Assembly (NCBI GenBank): GCA_009602725.1
Contig: WELB01000001.1
Span: forward strand, 112,272 to 153,576
Reading direction: 5' to 3'
Length of the DNA: 41,305 bases
From: Spirogloea muscicola
Taxonomy: Eukaryota
Part shown: one piece after another, positions 1 to 12,083 of the stretch
Position numbering within the stretch: the stretch's first letter is position 1
Layout of the letters: every line of letters begins with the position of its first letter
Notes under the pieces: model-generated
The model's database searches: none
What the model saw: only the letters and a program-made list of their open reading frames with translations
What the model was told of the DNA's origin: nothing
Translations under genes and position numbers: made by a program

Positions 1-128
1 CTGCCGCCGCCGCCGCCGCCGAAGGGGCCGCGGCTCGCGGCTCGCACCGCCCTGCAGGCGACCGGGGCTTGGCCCCACCGCCATCGCCGCCACCGCAGCC
101 GCCGCCCTGCGGTCCTTCGGCCAAGACC

Positions 129-2914
129 ATGGGCACCACCGAGGGCGCCACGCCGCTCAAGACCAAGGTGCGAGCTTGCGGCGCCGCCGCAGCGCCACCA
201 GGCAGGCAGCGCGGAACGCGCCGCGATTCCCGGCTGCCGCGGCGCTGGTCCGTGGGCGCCTGGCGTTGGCCCGTCGCACCGTCTTGGTCCATAGGAAAGG
301 CATGGCAAGGTTGCCTTGCAGGCCAGCACTCGTTGATGCTCAGTGAAGCGCCGCGCCTCAGACAGCCGCCATGAGTCACGGCGGCGTCCTAGCGTCCACT
401 GCGTGCGTCGGTGTCGCAGCCTCTGCCAGCACCGCTCTTGGGGCTGCTGCAGCAGCTTTCGTCTGCGGTCTAGCCTGGCAGGCTATCGCCCCCGCGCCGG
501 CAGATCTGACTGCCAAGGGGCTGGCGGCCTTGCCGCATTCGCAGCAGGATCAGCCGGTGCCGAGTCAGAGCGGCTATCCGCTTGAGTGGAGCGCCGCCTT
601 CCAGGTACGGCACGCCTGGCGCTTCAGCTGGTCAAGGTGATGCTGGCCGGCCGCACATCGACCAGGCCGCCGCTGCCTGCTCGATTGTAGACGGGGCGCT
701 GCATGACAGCGGGCCCTCGACGCCGCGCACGCAGGCGTACTATGGGCAAGGCGGACAGCCGCCGCCGGCCTACTATCCGCCGCCGCCGCCGGGCGGCGCG
801 CCGCAGGGCCACCCGTACATGGCCTGGAGCGGCCAGGTTATACCAATCCCACTTGCCGCCCCCGCCGCCGCCGACACCTCCCCTCTGTCAGGGCACGGCA
901 CTGCCAGCCGGCAGGCGCCGCCTCTCGTCGTCGCTGTCCGCTGCCCATGAGCCAGCCCTCACGCGCCAGCTCTGATGCGCAGCACATGATGCCGCCTTAT
1001 GGAACGCCGCCGCCCCCCTATGGCGGCATGTACCCGCCGGGCGGGATGTACGGCCCGCCGCAGATGCCACCGGTATAGTCGAGTCGCCGGTGACGCTTAT
1101 TCCCACCAAGCTCAGGCCCCTGCTGTGGAGCGACAACTGCCAGATAACGACGGCTGCTTGCGGCCTTCGCCTGATGCTGGCGCTGTGTTGTCCGCTGTGA
1201 AGTTTGGGATGCCAGGCCCTGGGCCCTCCAGCGCCGACCCTGCAGCCGCTGCGGCGATGAAGGTGCCTACCGCCCTGCCGCCGCAGCTGCACCGCTACCC
1301 ATGGCCATGCTCGGTGCTCGCGGCTGAGGTGTGGAGTTGGAGGTCGACCCAGGTGCTCACGCTCACTGTGCGCCCTGCTGCAGCCCCAGAGCGTGTCGGA
1401 GCCTGAAGAGAACAAGGCTGCAGTGAGGGACAAGGCCGGGGTCAAGCCCGGCGGCGGCGGCGGCAGCGGTGGCGGCAGCAAGGCTGTGGGGGTGGCAGCC
1501 ACGGTGTCGCCGTCGCAGGCCAAGTCGGGCGTCACGCTAGCCAACAACGGCGCGCTGGCTGTTGGGTGAGGCCGCTGCAGTGCCATCAGCATGTACGCTC
1601 TTCTGATAACGTATATGCTGTGAGCGGCTTAGGCGGCCATGCTCAGGCCGGCCCTCTCTTTTGGCAATGGCAGCCAGAGCGCAGATGAGGACTCGGAGGA
1701 CTCCGACGACGATGACGGCGATGACAGCAGCGGCCCAAATGTAAGCACAATCGTTCCACCACCGCTGCAGTCTCGCGCATGAATTACAGCTTCTCCATGC
1801 GTCGTGATCGACATTAACCTAACAGCAACAGCCCGAGCCAAGCCAAGCTCATGCTACCGTTGTCATCAATGCTACCGCAGATGGGCGACAAGGCAGCATA
1901 CAGTCAGCTGCTCGCCGAAGGTCAGTTGGCTTCACTTGTTGTTGATAGCTGGGTGGCTGCGGCTTGCAGGAGAAGCTTCTGCTCACGGTGGAAGCTTCAT
2001 GTTCTTGAGTCGTCTCTTCTCAAGTGCGGTCAGGGATGTTCACGCAGGCGGTAAAGGTGGCGGGCTCGGCATGGGGATGGAGTACTGGCACGGCGGCAGT
2101 GGTGGCGGCAGTGGCGTCATCAGTGGCGGCGGCGGCGGCGGTGGCGGTGGCGGGGGTGGCAAGAAGCGGGGGCCAGGTGGCGGTGGCATGGGGCAGAACA
2201 TGCCACCTGAGCTCTGGCTTCAGGTGCTCGCCGCCGTCCTTGCGGCGTCCATGGCCAGTGGCCCTTGCCTTGTTTCACTTGCACTTAGCCTGAATGTCAC
2301 TTCTGGAGTCTCGGCAATGCACTGTGTCCTGTCACTAATGGCAGTGAGCTCTATCATCATGCTGTCTGTCGTCTACGGCGCCTTAGGACGAGCGCGAGGT
2401 GAAGCGGCAGCGGCGGAAGCAGTCCAACAGGGAGAGTGCGCGGCGCTCCCGGCTGCGCAAGCAGGCAGAGTGTGAGGAGCTGGCGCAGCGGGTAGACACG
2501 CTCAATGCGGAAAATGTGCAGTTGCGGGCCGAGCTTGTGCGCCTCAACGATGAGTGCCGCAAACTTACACAGGACAATACGTCTATACAGGTTGCTATTT
2601 TTCCTTTTAACTAGCTGAGTGTGTCGCGCTTCTGTGACGAGCTTACATTGTTGTAAATAAATCGAAAAGCCAGCTTTCAATGTATGTTGGTGGCTTTCTA
2701 ATGTACTCTAGAAATCTGCCGCTGTGAACAAGTACAGGAGCGCTTGAGCAGCCTCAGGAAGCAGCCTCCGGATGCAGTGCAGCTACACGGCGGCTCTTCC
2801 CACCAGGCGACAGATGATGCGGCGGCAGGAAAGGCCGGTGCAGCAGAGGCAGCAAACAACGGCAACGAGGCGGGGCTGGCCGGTGTCTCGGATGAGAGCC
2901 CAGCTGGGGATTGA
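129..2914 (+). CDS. GBF: G-box binding factor-type (group G) bZIP transcription factor, multi-exon
   Basis: Spliced exons give [13 protein letters not shown] / [10 protein letters not shown] / [25 protein letters not shown] / [23 protein letters not shown] (Pro-rich MFMR region). These are followed by LGMGMEYW and [43 protein letters not shown] plus a leucine zipper. Stop TGA at 2912-2914. Confidence 0.92.
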
Positions 2915-3560
2915 CCATCCCGCGGTGCCGCATTGGCCGAGCACCGGCGGGGCCTGACAAAGTTGCATTGTTGTTATCAAATTCCATTCGGCTGGTCATG
3001 CTGCCGCAGCATCACATGGCCAGCGACTCCCACCCTTGCAGCTCCGAGGCGTCCGCGCCGTGGCACAGCTGTACACTCCCATCACCTTTCCCCTGTGCCG
3101 CGGTGACCGCTGACCCCGAGCACAGGGGCCGGCAGGCCGTTGCCCGACCTTTTATTTTGTTGCCTTGACGACACTTTTGTACAGAGCTTCTCTTGCACCC
3201 TAGCGACAGGACACCACCCAACTGCAATCGTTGGACCCTCCATTCCACGCACTGGGTATGCAGCGAGGGTATTGTGCTTATTCTGTTCCCCCGGCAGCGC
3301 CACCCTATGCGACAACTTGCCCCGTGTATTGCTATTGCCAGAATGTGCCACCCAAGTCTGCTGCTGCAGCAACTCTTGTTTAAGACAACCTGCTCACATG
3401 TGCGTGAGCAGCAGCTACTGAGTGCATTGCGCTTTGATGTTCCTACTGGGAAGGGGAATGCACAAGTGGGTTACAGGGCAGGCTGTCAAGTAGAACAATG
3501 GTTCTGGCAAAGACAGTGCCACTTGCGACTGAGTGGCCCACAAGATGGTGTTTGTTGGTA

Positions 3561-6500
3561 TCAGTAATCTTCCTCCGGCCCAGTCTCCTCTTTGTGTAGC
3601 CTGACAATGTCGTCAATCCGCAGGACTGTGATGGCCGCCTCTGTCGCAAACTGGACAATATGAACTTGAAAAGGGAGTTAGTTGCAGTGTCCACATGGTG
3701 TTATAAAAGGAGTCAGTATGTCTCTTTATATGCACCCCAAATAATCTTGTGGAGCAACAAGTCCAAGGGTCAAAGCAACCCTGCAAAGCCCAAGTTTGCT
3801 GAAGCCTGCAACAGAGAGTTGCCCTGGCCCCAACCTGGATAATCTTCACTTTGCTCATGGCAGGCTCAATAACACCAGCACTGAGATTGTCTCGAATAAC
3901 GCCATTGATGAGGTCAAGGCCAGACCTGGGCCCAGGGTACAGCAAATGGGTGAGCTATTGGTGATGGTTAAGTACATGATAACGAGCTATTATGCAGTCA
4001 AATCGGATGCCTGTCCTGTCCAGGTGTTATGTGCAATGTAATTGAAAAGGCGGCTGTAATGGAGCTGCACAAGGAGACCCGTGTGACCTGTAGCTCACCC
4101 TGACAGGTGCTGCCGGTCCGCCTTGGTCTGAGCCATGTGGTGGTATGCCCGTAGCTTTGCCACCAGCTCCGTGGCATCCTTAGCAGCATTCACAGCAAGG
4201 ATCTGCTCCAGTTGCATAACCGCGGCCAGTGCCAAGAAAGCGTTGCTCAGAACCACCACAAGCGGTTTAAGCAACTTTTTGCATCTGCGCATACCAAGCT
4301 GATGGTACTCTATGCAGCTTAGTCAATGGAGACGGTCACCTTAGGGATGACAAGGAGGGCCTCTGCAAACTCGGCAATTGCGAGCTGTTCCCTCGACCCC
4401 AGTGTGGTTGCCAGATTTTCGAGGTACACGGAAAGGGCAGCCTCCACGGCACCGCCGCCTGCCACAACCTGCTCCCAGTGGCCCAACTCATGCCATGATC
4501 AACGTCTGAGCCAACAAGTGCTTCAACTAGAAACGAATGTGAGTTGAGGGTTGCACCTGCTACAATCTTGTGACAGATTCGTTCAACAAGATGCTTGGTT
4601 AGATGCAGAAGACCAGGCATTGTACAGTACCAGGTTTGACTCCAGTGTGCGCTTGACTATGCAGATGGAGTCATGCACAGAGCGCTCCATCTCGTCAACC
4701 ATGTGGTCGTTGGCGCCTCGCAGTAGGATGGACACCTAAGAGCCGAGAGAAGGCATCAGGTCACCACACCACTGCAGATGATGCTCTAGCTCTCTGCACA
4801 GCCTTCATCTAGATAGAAGTCTCTCAGCAAGGATGAAGAGCTGACCGCTCTGGAGCTCTTGAGGCCTTTGATCATGAGTACATCATCGTCTGCCACTCGC
4901 TCCTCAACGACCTCCTCGGCCATGCCAAGGAAGGATGGGTCGAATGATTCCCCTCCCTCCATGTCTGCCAAAGTGAGCACCTGAGCAGATTCACTTTGAC
5001 ACGCTTTGTCAGATGCTGTCTGCACTGCACATGGTGTTGCTATTAGCTGCTCGCTTGAGGAAGGCCATCAAAGGGAAGCTATTGCCACAATGAAAACTAT
5101 TAGCCAAGCATCAAGGGCATGCATAGCTCATCCACAAATGCCCCACAGTTGTGTCAGCGGGTCATGCCCTCTGAATGGACTTCGAACGACTCACCGGTGT
5201 CGCCCCTGACGCCTTAGCAATGCGCCGCAAATCCTCTTTGCCCACTCTTCTAGCTGCAAGTGCTCCGGCCTCCACAAAGTACTGAAGAGATTGAGCTGCC
5301 GCGAGGAGTCAAGCACCACGCCTAGCTTGGCTGTGAAAAGCAATTGATTGACGACATTTGCAGTCTGCTGCAGCACCTTAAGTGCCATGTCATCGATGCC
5401 CTTTGTCGTGAGAATGACATTGGCTCCTGCCTTCATTATCTTCTCAATCCTCTCCTTTGTGATGTCCGCCTCTCTGGTGCCTCAAGATAAAGTACCGGAG
5501 CAAATGGTCAGCAGCCAATAGCAGAAGAGGCACAGTATGCAGAATCGTCTCTATGGGGTGTCCAAGCCTATGCCGTCTTTCGCATCAGTCAGTGGCAGAA
5601 ACTGCTCTTGCAATACTCAGGAAAGTCACAAATGCAACTCTGTTGCAATGAGTGGTAATTCGAAAGAAGCCTTGGCCATAAAGAACAAGTTCCCAGCTCA
5701 GTACCTGTCTCGTATTCTCTCAAGCTCCTTGGGGTCGTTGACCAGGACCTGCACGCCCATCTGCATCTTGGTCTTCTGCAGGTTGAAGTCGAGGCAGGCG
5801 ATCCTCGCAGGGCTGACGTGCGTGGGCATTCCTTGAGAGGCCCGGGCCATGTTCAGCGCATAGCCATTCAGCAGCACGCTCTCCTTGGCAGACTTGCCAT
5901 GCGCCTTGAGGATGTTGACCGACTGCAGCAGCCAGGCAGCCTCACAACAGGGCGTCAGCAACTTGGGCGGGCTTTGCTCCTTGCCACATAGTGCCGAAGT
6001 TCGCCAGCCCCCACTGGCAACAATAGATGGCGGTGCTCCGTGGGCTTTGCCGTTCAACAAACTCGCTTACTCCATGCAATGACATTTTGGCCCTGAGTTC
6101 TGGTCCCCAAATCAGCGGCTGTGAAGGCCCAAAGGAGCTGGGCCCCGAGCCCAGACTGGGCACAGCACTTCTGAGGCCATCCTGACCCTCCAGAGTCAAC
6201 ATACCTTGATAGGATACCGGACCTCTCCTTTATCGTTTGTCATCTTCACCGCTTGCACCGCATCGACCACCTGCAAGCACATCGCACAGCAGACAGGTCA
6301 AGCCGTCAAGGGAGGAGGGCAGCAGGCTGGCCGGCGAGTCTTCCAGCACCTTGGGTCAAGTGGCTCACGATCTTGGCAAAGTGATCGGCGTTGTCGCCGA
6401 TAATCTTGGAGGACATGCTCGTCTTGGCGGAATTGAGAAGCACCTCCTTGCCCAACTTCTCCACCTGGTCACAGGTGGCACACAGAATAAGTGTCAAGGC

Positions 6501-7807
6501 CAGCGCTCCCTCCTGTGTGAATTGCGGTTTGGTGCAATTGAGCAAGACGAGGTGTGCACGATATGGGGGTCCAGCTATGAAGATGGAAGGATGGGGTGGG
6601 TGGGGCCTGTCACCTTGATCGACAGCTTCTCCTCAATGTACTTGCAAGACTCGCGCATGGCTAGCTGCTCCAAGGCGCGCCAAGTGAGCATGCCCCAATG
6701 AGCAGCAGAACAGACCGAGCATGTGCTCGCATGGACCCCACGTCCGACGCCTAGCCTGCAAAAGGAGGCCTGAACACTGCAGCGCCATCATAGCCATTCA
6801 AAGAGACTCACCCGGTAACCGCTGATGATGGACGTCGGATGGATCTTGTTCCGTACGAGGTCGTTGGCCCTCTGCCACGCCCACCTCGCAGCACAAGACA
6901 TGCATGCAGCCATCACACTCATGCAGAGCCCAGGAGGTGGGTGGTCGGACCAGCCACGCTGGAAGAGGTCCTCCTCTCCTCCGAATGTGGACGTAGCCTG
7001 CACGCAAGCTGAGCTTGGCGGCCCTCCCACCTTGAGAAGCTCTGCCGCGACAATGACGACTGAGGTCGTGCCATCCCCGACCTCACGGTCCTGCAGCTCC
7101 GCCAGCTCCACGAGCACCTGCCAGCACCGTGAGCAGGCGCAGAATGCGCTCGCACAGTCATCGGGCAGCGGAGGGAGGCTGGCTTGTGGCGCCTGGCGAT
7201 GGTGGCACAGTGAGCTGAGCCGCAGACGCCTGCCCTTAAATTGACGCGGGCAAGAGCTCGCCACCACCTAGGTGCGGAATGGACACACCCATTCACGCAG
7301 CTCGCTGCTGCGCAGAGCGACGAGTGTGGAGCTCGTTGGCCATGCGACAGGCCGTGCTGGGAGGAGCGGGGGCCAGACCTTGGCGGCCGGGTGCTCGACC
7401 TCGAGCTGCTTCAGGATGGTGGCGCCGTCGTTGGTGATCGTCACGTCGCCAATGTCGTCCACCAGCATCTGCGCCCCGACGCGGCCGCCGTGAGCGGGCA
7501 ACGCCGAGGCGGCCCTCCCTGACATGGGCGACGCGCCCAGGGCCAGCGAGGGCGGACCTTGTCCAGGCCCAGCGGCCCCAGCGAGCTCTTGACGATGTTG
7601 GCGATGGCCTGGCACGCCATCACTGGCCCCCGCCGCCGCCGCCGCCGCCGCCGCTGCGTCAGTCCGGCTGCTCTGCGGCGAGAGGCGCCGCTCGGCGCTG
7701 AGGCGGCGCCGCTGAGCCCGGCGCGCGGGCTCTCGCCCACCGTTCTGCGTGCGCACGTCCTGCCCGGTCTGCCGCTCGCCCGAGATCTCCAGCGCTTGAC
7801 CCGCCAT
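3561..7807 (-). CDS. CCT1: T-complex protein 1 subunit alpha (cytosolic chaperonin CCT), multi-exon
   Basis: Exons encode [107 protein letters not shown] and [18 protein letters not shown] boundaries join in frame. Confidence 0.97.
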
Positions 7808-7949
7808 GGCCGCCGCCGCCGCCGCCGCGGCGGGCGGGAGGGCCGCCCGTGGAAGCCGGCGGCAACGCCGGGGCAGAGGCTGCTGCGGGCCTTTGGACGA
7901 CGCAGGGCTTTGACAGGGGTTTAGTAACCTTGTCTAATATCAACAATCA

Positions 7950-10900
7950 ATCGAGCAGTGTGCGCGAGCTGGCCTCTGTCCCTCTCCTCTATGTCTGGCG
8001 CCCTGTCTGCCTAGCCTTTGGCTCCGTCATGAACACCTGTATGCATCTGGCTGGCAGTTTACAGCCGATTCTTTAATATCAGCAGCCGCATTTCTCTACG
8101 GGCGAGCACATTCTTCTGTCCACTCTTACATCCCGTAGCCCCACTGTCTGCACTAGCTTTTGCCTGAACGGTGTATAGGCTTTGGTTGGCTTCCCCTTTG
8201 AATATGCGCACGGCGCGCCTTTTCCTTCTTTTCCTCTGTTAGTTTGGCCTTCCACATCCATCGCCACCTTCTGGGAACAGCAAGCGCGGCCAGATTGACT
8301 GCTGGCTGGGAGAGGCCAGCCCAAAGGAATGGACAAGGTCTGAAGGAGCCGGAGTGCGAAGGACTAAGACATCAGCAAAGGGGACTATTGGTAACCTCTA
8401 GTCAGAAGATGCAAGTCTGAATAAGTAGCAGCTATAATAGCTGTCACTTATCGCAAGCGCCCCTGTTGTCCATTCTTACTGGGCTGGCCCTTCTGGCTGC
8501 TGGTCCTTGTTCCAGGCGGGCGTGGGCCCTCACAGCCATCGCCTTACTTTGAAAGGACTGTCTAAGCTGGTTTCTCCAACTTTGCAGCTGCTGACTAGGG
8601 GTTACTGAGCAGCTACCATAGTGCTTTCTACACTATCCGACTCGTTTGGACCTTGCGCACTCTCGCTCCAGCGATCCCTGGCTTTGTCACCGCACTTGCA
8701 GGCAGCCCGCGCGTTGGCTGCTGCTTCTGGGTTTCTGGGTCTTCTGGGTCTTCTGGGTGGTGACACTATTCCGGCTGCAAGCTACTCTGACTTCCAGCTG
8801 CTGACTATGCGTGATTTTAGCACCCATTCGTTGTAGCACTTGCGTGGATGTATGAGTTTGCGCTTTTTGACCCCTTCTGGACCTCGTCCCTTCTTTCTTG
8901 GGCTGGCCTTTCACAGCCATCGCCCCCTCCTGTACTTGGCTCAGGCCCTCCATCACTCAATACACACTCCATCCCCACCTGAGAAGCTCAATCTGGACCT
9001 TGTTCACTAGACTTTATACAGATCTGTACTACATTTGATAATGTAAGTAGCTTCACTTGAGAGGTTCCCTTCCTTTTCGCTCCATTGCCGTGGGCCTTCT
9101 CGCCCAACTTGGTCAACCACTTTCAGGAAGGTCCATGCGTGAGGTTGCTGTTTCGGTAAGCCGCTCGGTATTTCCGGACTTTCAACCGTGACCCATGGGC
9201 TGGCCTTTCACAGCCATGCCTCTGAGAAGATGCTTCTCTATTGCGGGCGAGGCGGCCAGATCAATGTTTTCTAGAGATTCTTGAGGATTTTGCTTCATCA
9301 CTGGGCGGGAACTCACGCTAACGAATTCTTGGAAAAAAGGCTGCTTGAACTTCCACCAGCAAACAGCCACGATGGGAAGAGCCGGAAGGTGACGCCAGCT
9401 GGGCTGCCGCCCAGCCCCATGGGCAGCCGCTGCCGCGCACGTGGGCAAGTCGCGCTTCCATCAATGATATGCGACGATGGCAGCGAGGCTCCTCACTTAA
9501 GGGGGAAGCGCGGCCAGACGTAAACAGCCGCAGCTGCCACGCTCATTATCGACCGACTTGTCGAGTCATTGCCGCCGTTGTATCGCGGGCTGGCCCAGCA
9601 CAGCCAAGGCGCCTCGGAAACTCCCGCCCTCCACCATATCGCGTCCGGCGGTGCTCTGCTGCGTCGGCGCAGTCGTACCATGACACCCCGTACATTCACT
9701 TTTTGATCTGCGGCTACGACAGCCACTGCCCCTTTTGTCATGATCGCACTTTATTTACTCCCTGGCCGTGGACATGCACGGGGCTCTCGGGTCCCAGTGG
9801 CTCGACCTGCTGGCCAAGCTTGCGCGGCACGCTGTGTCCGCGGGGACCCACTTCCACGAGCCTAGCATCTCCGACCTGCGGCTGCTTAGCAGAGGTTACT
9901 GAGTGATTCGTAGCTGCTCTGTTTCTCTGTGTGCTTGTTTTCTTAGCGCTTCCCCTGGCCCCCTTCTCGTACTTTGTTCATTCTATTTTGGGCTGGCTTT
10001 TCCAGCCCCTATTCTCAATGGGCGAGCACTTTCTTCTGAGTCCCGCAGGCGCGGTGAGCCGGCTGACTTCAACGCCGCTGGCTCGTGGGCTCAAGTGTAT
10101 CGTATGAGATTGTCAGTATTTCTTCAGCGGTTCATGGCCCACGCTCTGCATCTGCGTGCTGGCCGTGCTCTCGCTGCGGCCTCCGGCTTTCGTCAGGGGT
10201 ATAGTTTCCCGGCAGCTAGTCTGACGGATCCGAGGCTCCTCACTCGTGACCATTCAGTGATCCATCCTCCCTCTGTTCTGTCCATTCCTTTGGGCTGGCC
10301 TTTCCCAGTCACCAGTCAATCTGGCCGCGCTTCTGTTCTGACATAGCATCTTCAGGCCCCTTTGTAGCTGCTAAACGCTTGTAGGCCCTTCGGACCTTCG
10401 TCAGTTCTTTTTGGGCTGGCTTCTCGCAGCCCTTGCCCCCATTGGGAGTGCCACTTCTTCTCTATTTACTCTAAGAGCATATCGCGCGCCTCGGAAAAAG
10501 AGGTGAGCTCTTCCTAAGGGGCGGGGGCTGACAGGAAGCCAGCCCAGAAAGAAAGTGCTCGCCCATAGAAAGGTTGGACAAGGTCCAATGGGCCCCAAGG
10601 CTCCAGAACCACACATTTATGCAAGTGGCTACAAAGAACGGGAGAATTGTAATTCCGAGTCAGCAGCCGCGAGTTGGAGTAATTTGCAGCTGGAAGAGAG
10701 GCACCCCAACGATACCCAGAAGTAGCAGCTAAAGCACGGCCTGACCGTAACTGCTCTGCGTGAGCCTGGGAACAATGGAAATGAGCTTCATGCGGAACAC
10801 CTGAGCAAGCGACCTGGCGGCATTGCAGACGGGCAGCTCACCTTGTTGTCCTCACTGACACAGGTGTATCGAACGCACAGGTATATCGAATGCGTCTCGC

Positions 10901-11330
10901 TGCAGAGGTCCATGGCACGCGCATTGCATTTGCCTGCCGGTCGTGCCCTCGCTGCGGCCTCTGGCTCTGGCCTGGAGACCCGCTCTCAGGAGCCCAGATT
11001 CTCCGACCTGCGACTGCTTAGCAGGGGTTACTGACTTTGCCATTGCGTCGTCTTGTGTCTAGCTGTGTCATTTTTCCTTGTAGGCATCGTCTTGGCTATA
11101 TTGTCCATTCTTTTTGGGCTGGCCTCTGCCAGAACCTCTTCTCTATGGGCGCGCACTTTCCTTTCTTGCTGACGATGGACGGCCTCAGAGGGAGCTCCTG
11201 CGTAGGGGGCGAGGACTTTGAAGGGCCAGCCCACGAACGACAAGTTCCAGAGGAGATGGGACGAAGAGAGAGAGGAGGCGAGCCGTGCGCATATATTGGA
11301 AGGGTGGCCAAACAGAAGCCAATGCAATGT
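7950..11330. mobile_element. Cluster of degenerate, 5'-truncated non-LTR retrotransposon 3' ends (probably CRE-clade/RLE type), both orientations
   Basis: About 7 copies encode all or part of AQVYRMRLSVSLQRSMAHALHLRAGRALAAASG...SDLRLLTRGY* (approx. 8390-, 8570+, 8650+, 9750+, 10040+, 10660-, 10850+). About 10 copies of a GGGCTGGC hairpin motif also occur. Confidence 0.75.
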
Positions 11331-12083
11331 TCAGGCAAAGGCTAGAGTAAAATGTGAGGCTACATGAAAGGCAGCCCTATGCTAAGGTTGCTCACGTAGC
11401 AGTGTACGTTGATTTCCACGGGAAGAGCTAACACAAGGCCTGAAACTTCTTCCAAACAGCGCCTACAACCCGGGCTGTCGGGCGTGGCGCCTCCGGCATG
11501 TGCTCCGCCGTCGCGCAGTCGTGGTGGGCGTGGGTGTCGGCCGTCCACCCCGCCCCACGATTAACCCCACCGGCTCGTGCTGGAGCATGAGCGGCCAGCG
11601 CGGGGAAAAGGGGGTGGGTGTCTTTCCGTAACGGCGCGCGCCCCGTTGGTGGGCCGAGACGGTTGGCGACGGGTATCCGATCTCCCAGGCGGGCCCCACG
11701 AGGGTCGCCACGGCGCCGCCAGCCGCGCCGCCAAATCCAGCCACCTCCCCGGCCAGCGCCTGCGCCGCCCGCAGCGGCGCCTCCTCCCGCCCCAGCTCCC
11801 TGCCGCGCAGCACCTCGACCTCACTGACACAGCCTGCCTGCCGTCGACGGGCGGCGTTGACGTTGAGGCGGCAATCGGCAGCGCGGGCGCCTCGCCGCCC
11901 CACGAGCCTCGGTGCAGCTTGCGAACCCGGCCCGGCGACACCTGTCCTCGCTTGGCGCCATTGGCACCTGCTTCCGAGGCCAGGGGCAGTCCTTGGTGGA
12001 AACGCTGCGCCAGGCATGCGCACAATGATGATGCGGAGGATCACTGCACAGGAGTTCCATAAGTAGGGCCACTTGCTGCAGGA

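Noticed and set aside
8460..11240. CRISPR-like array of recurring GGGCTGGC hairpins
   Set aside because: Spacing is irregular, copies lie on both strands, the intervening sequences are homologous retroelement fragments, the context is eukaryotic and no cas genes are present.
11463..12080. Long overlapping ORFs upstream of MKK3
   Set aside because: These are GC-rich low-complexity frames with no recognisable domain, most likely promoter or 5' UTR.
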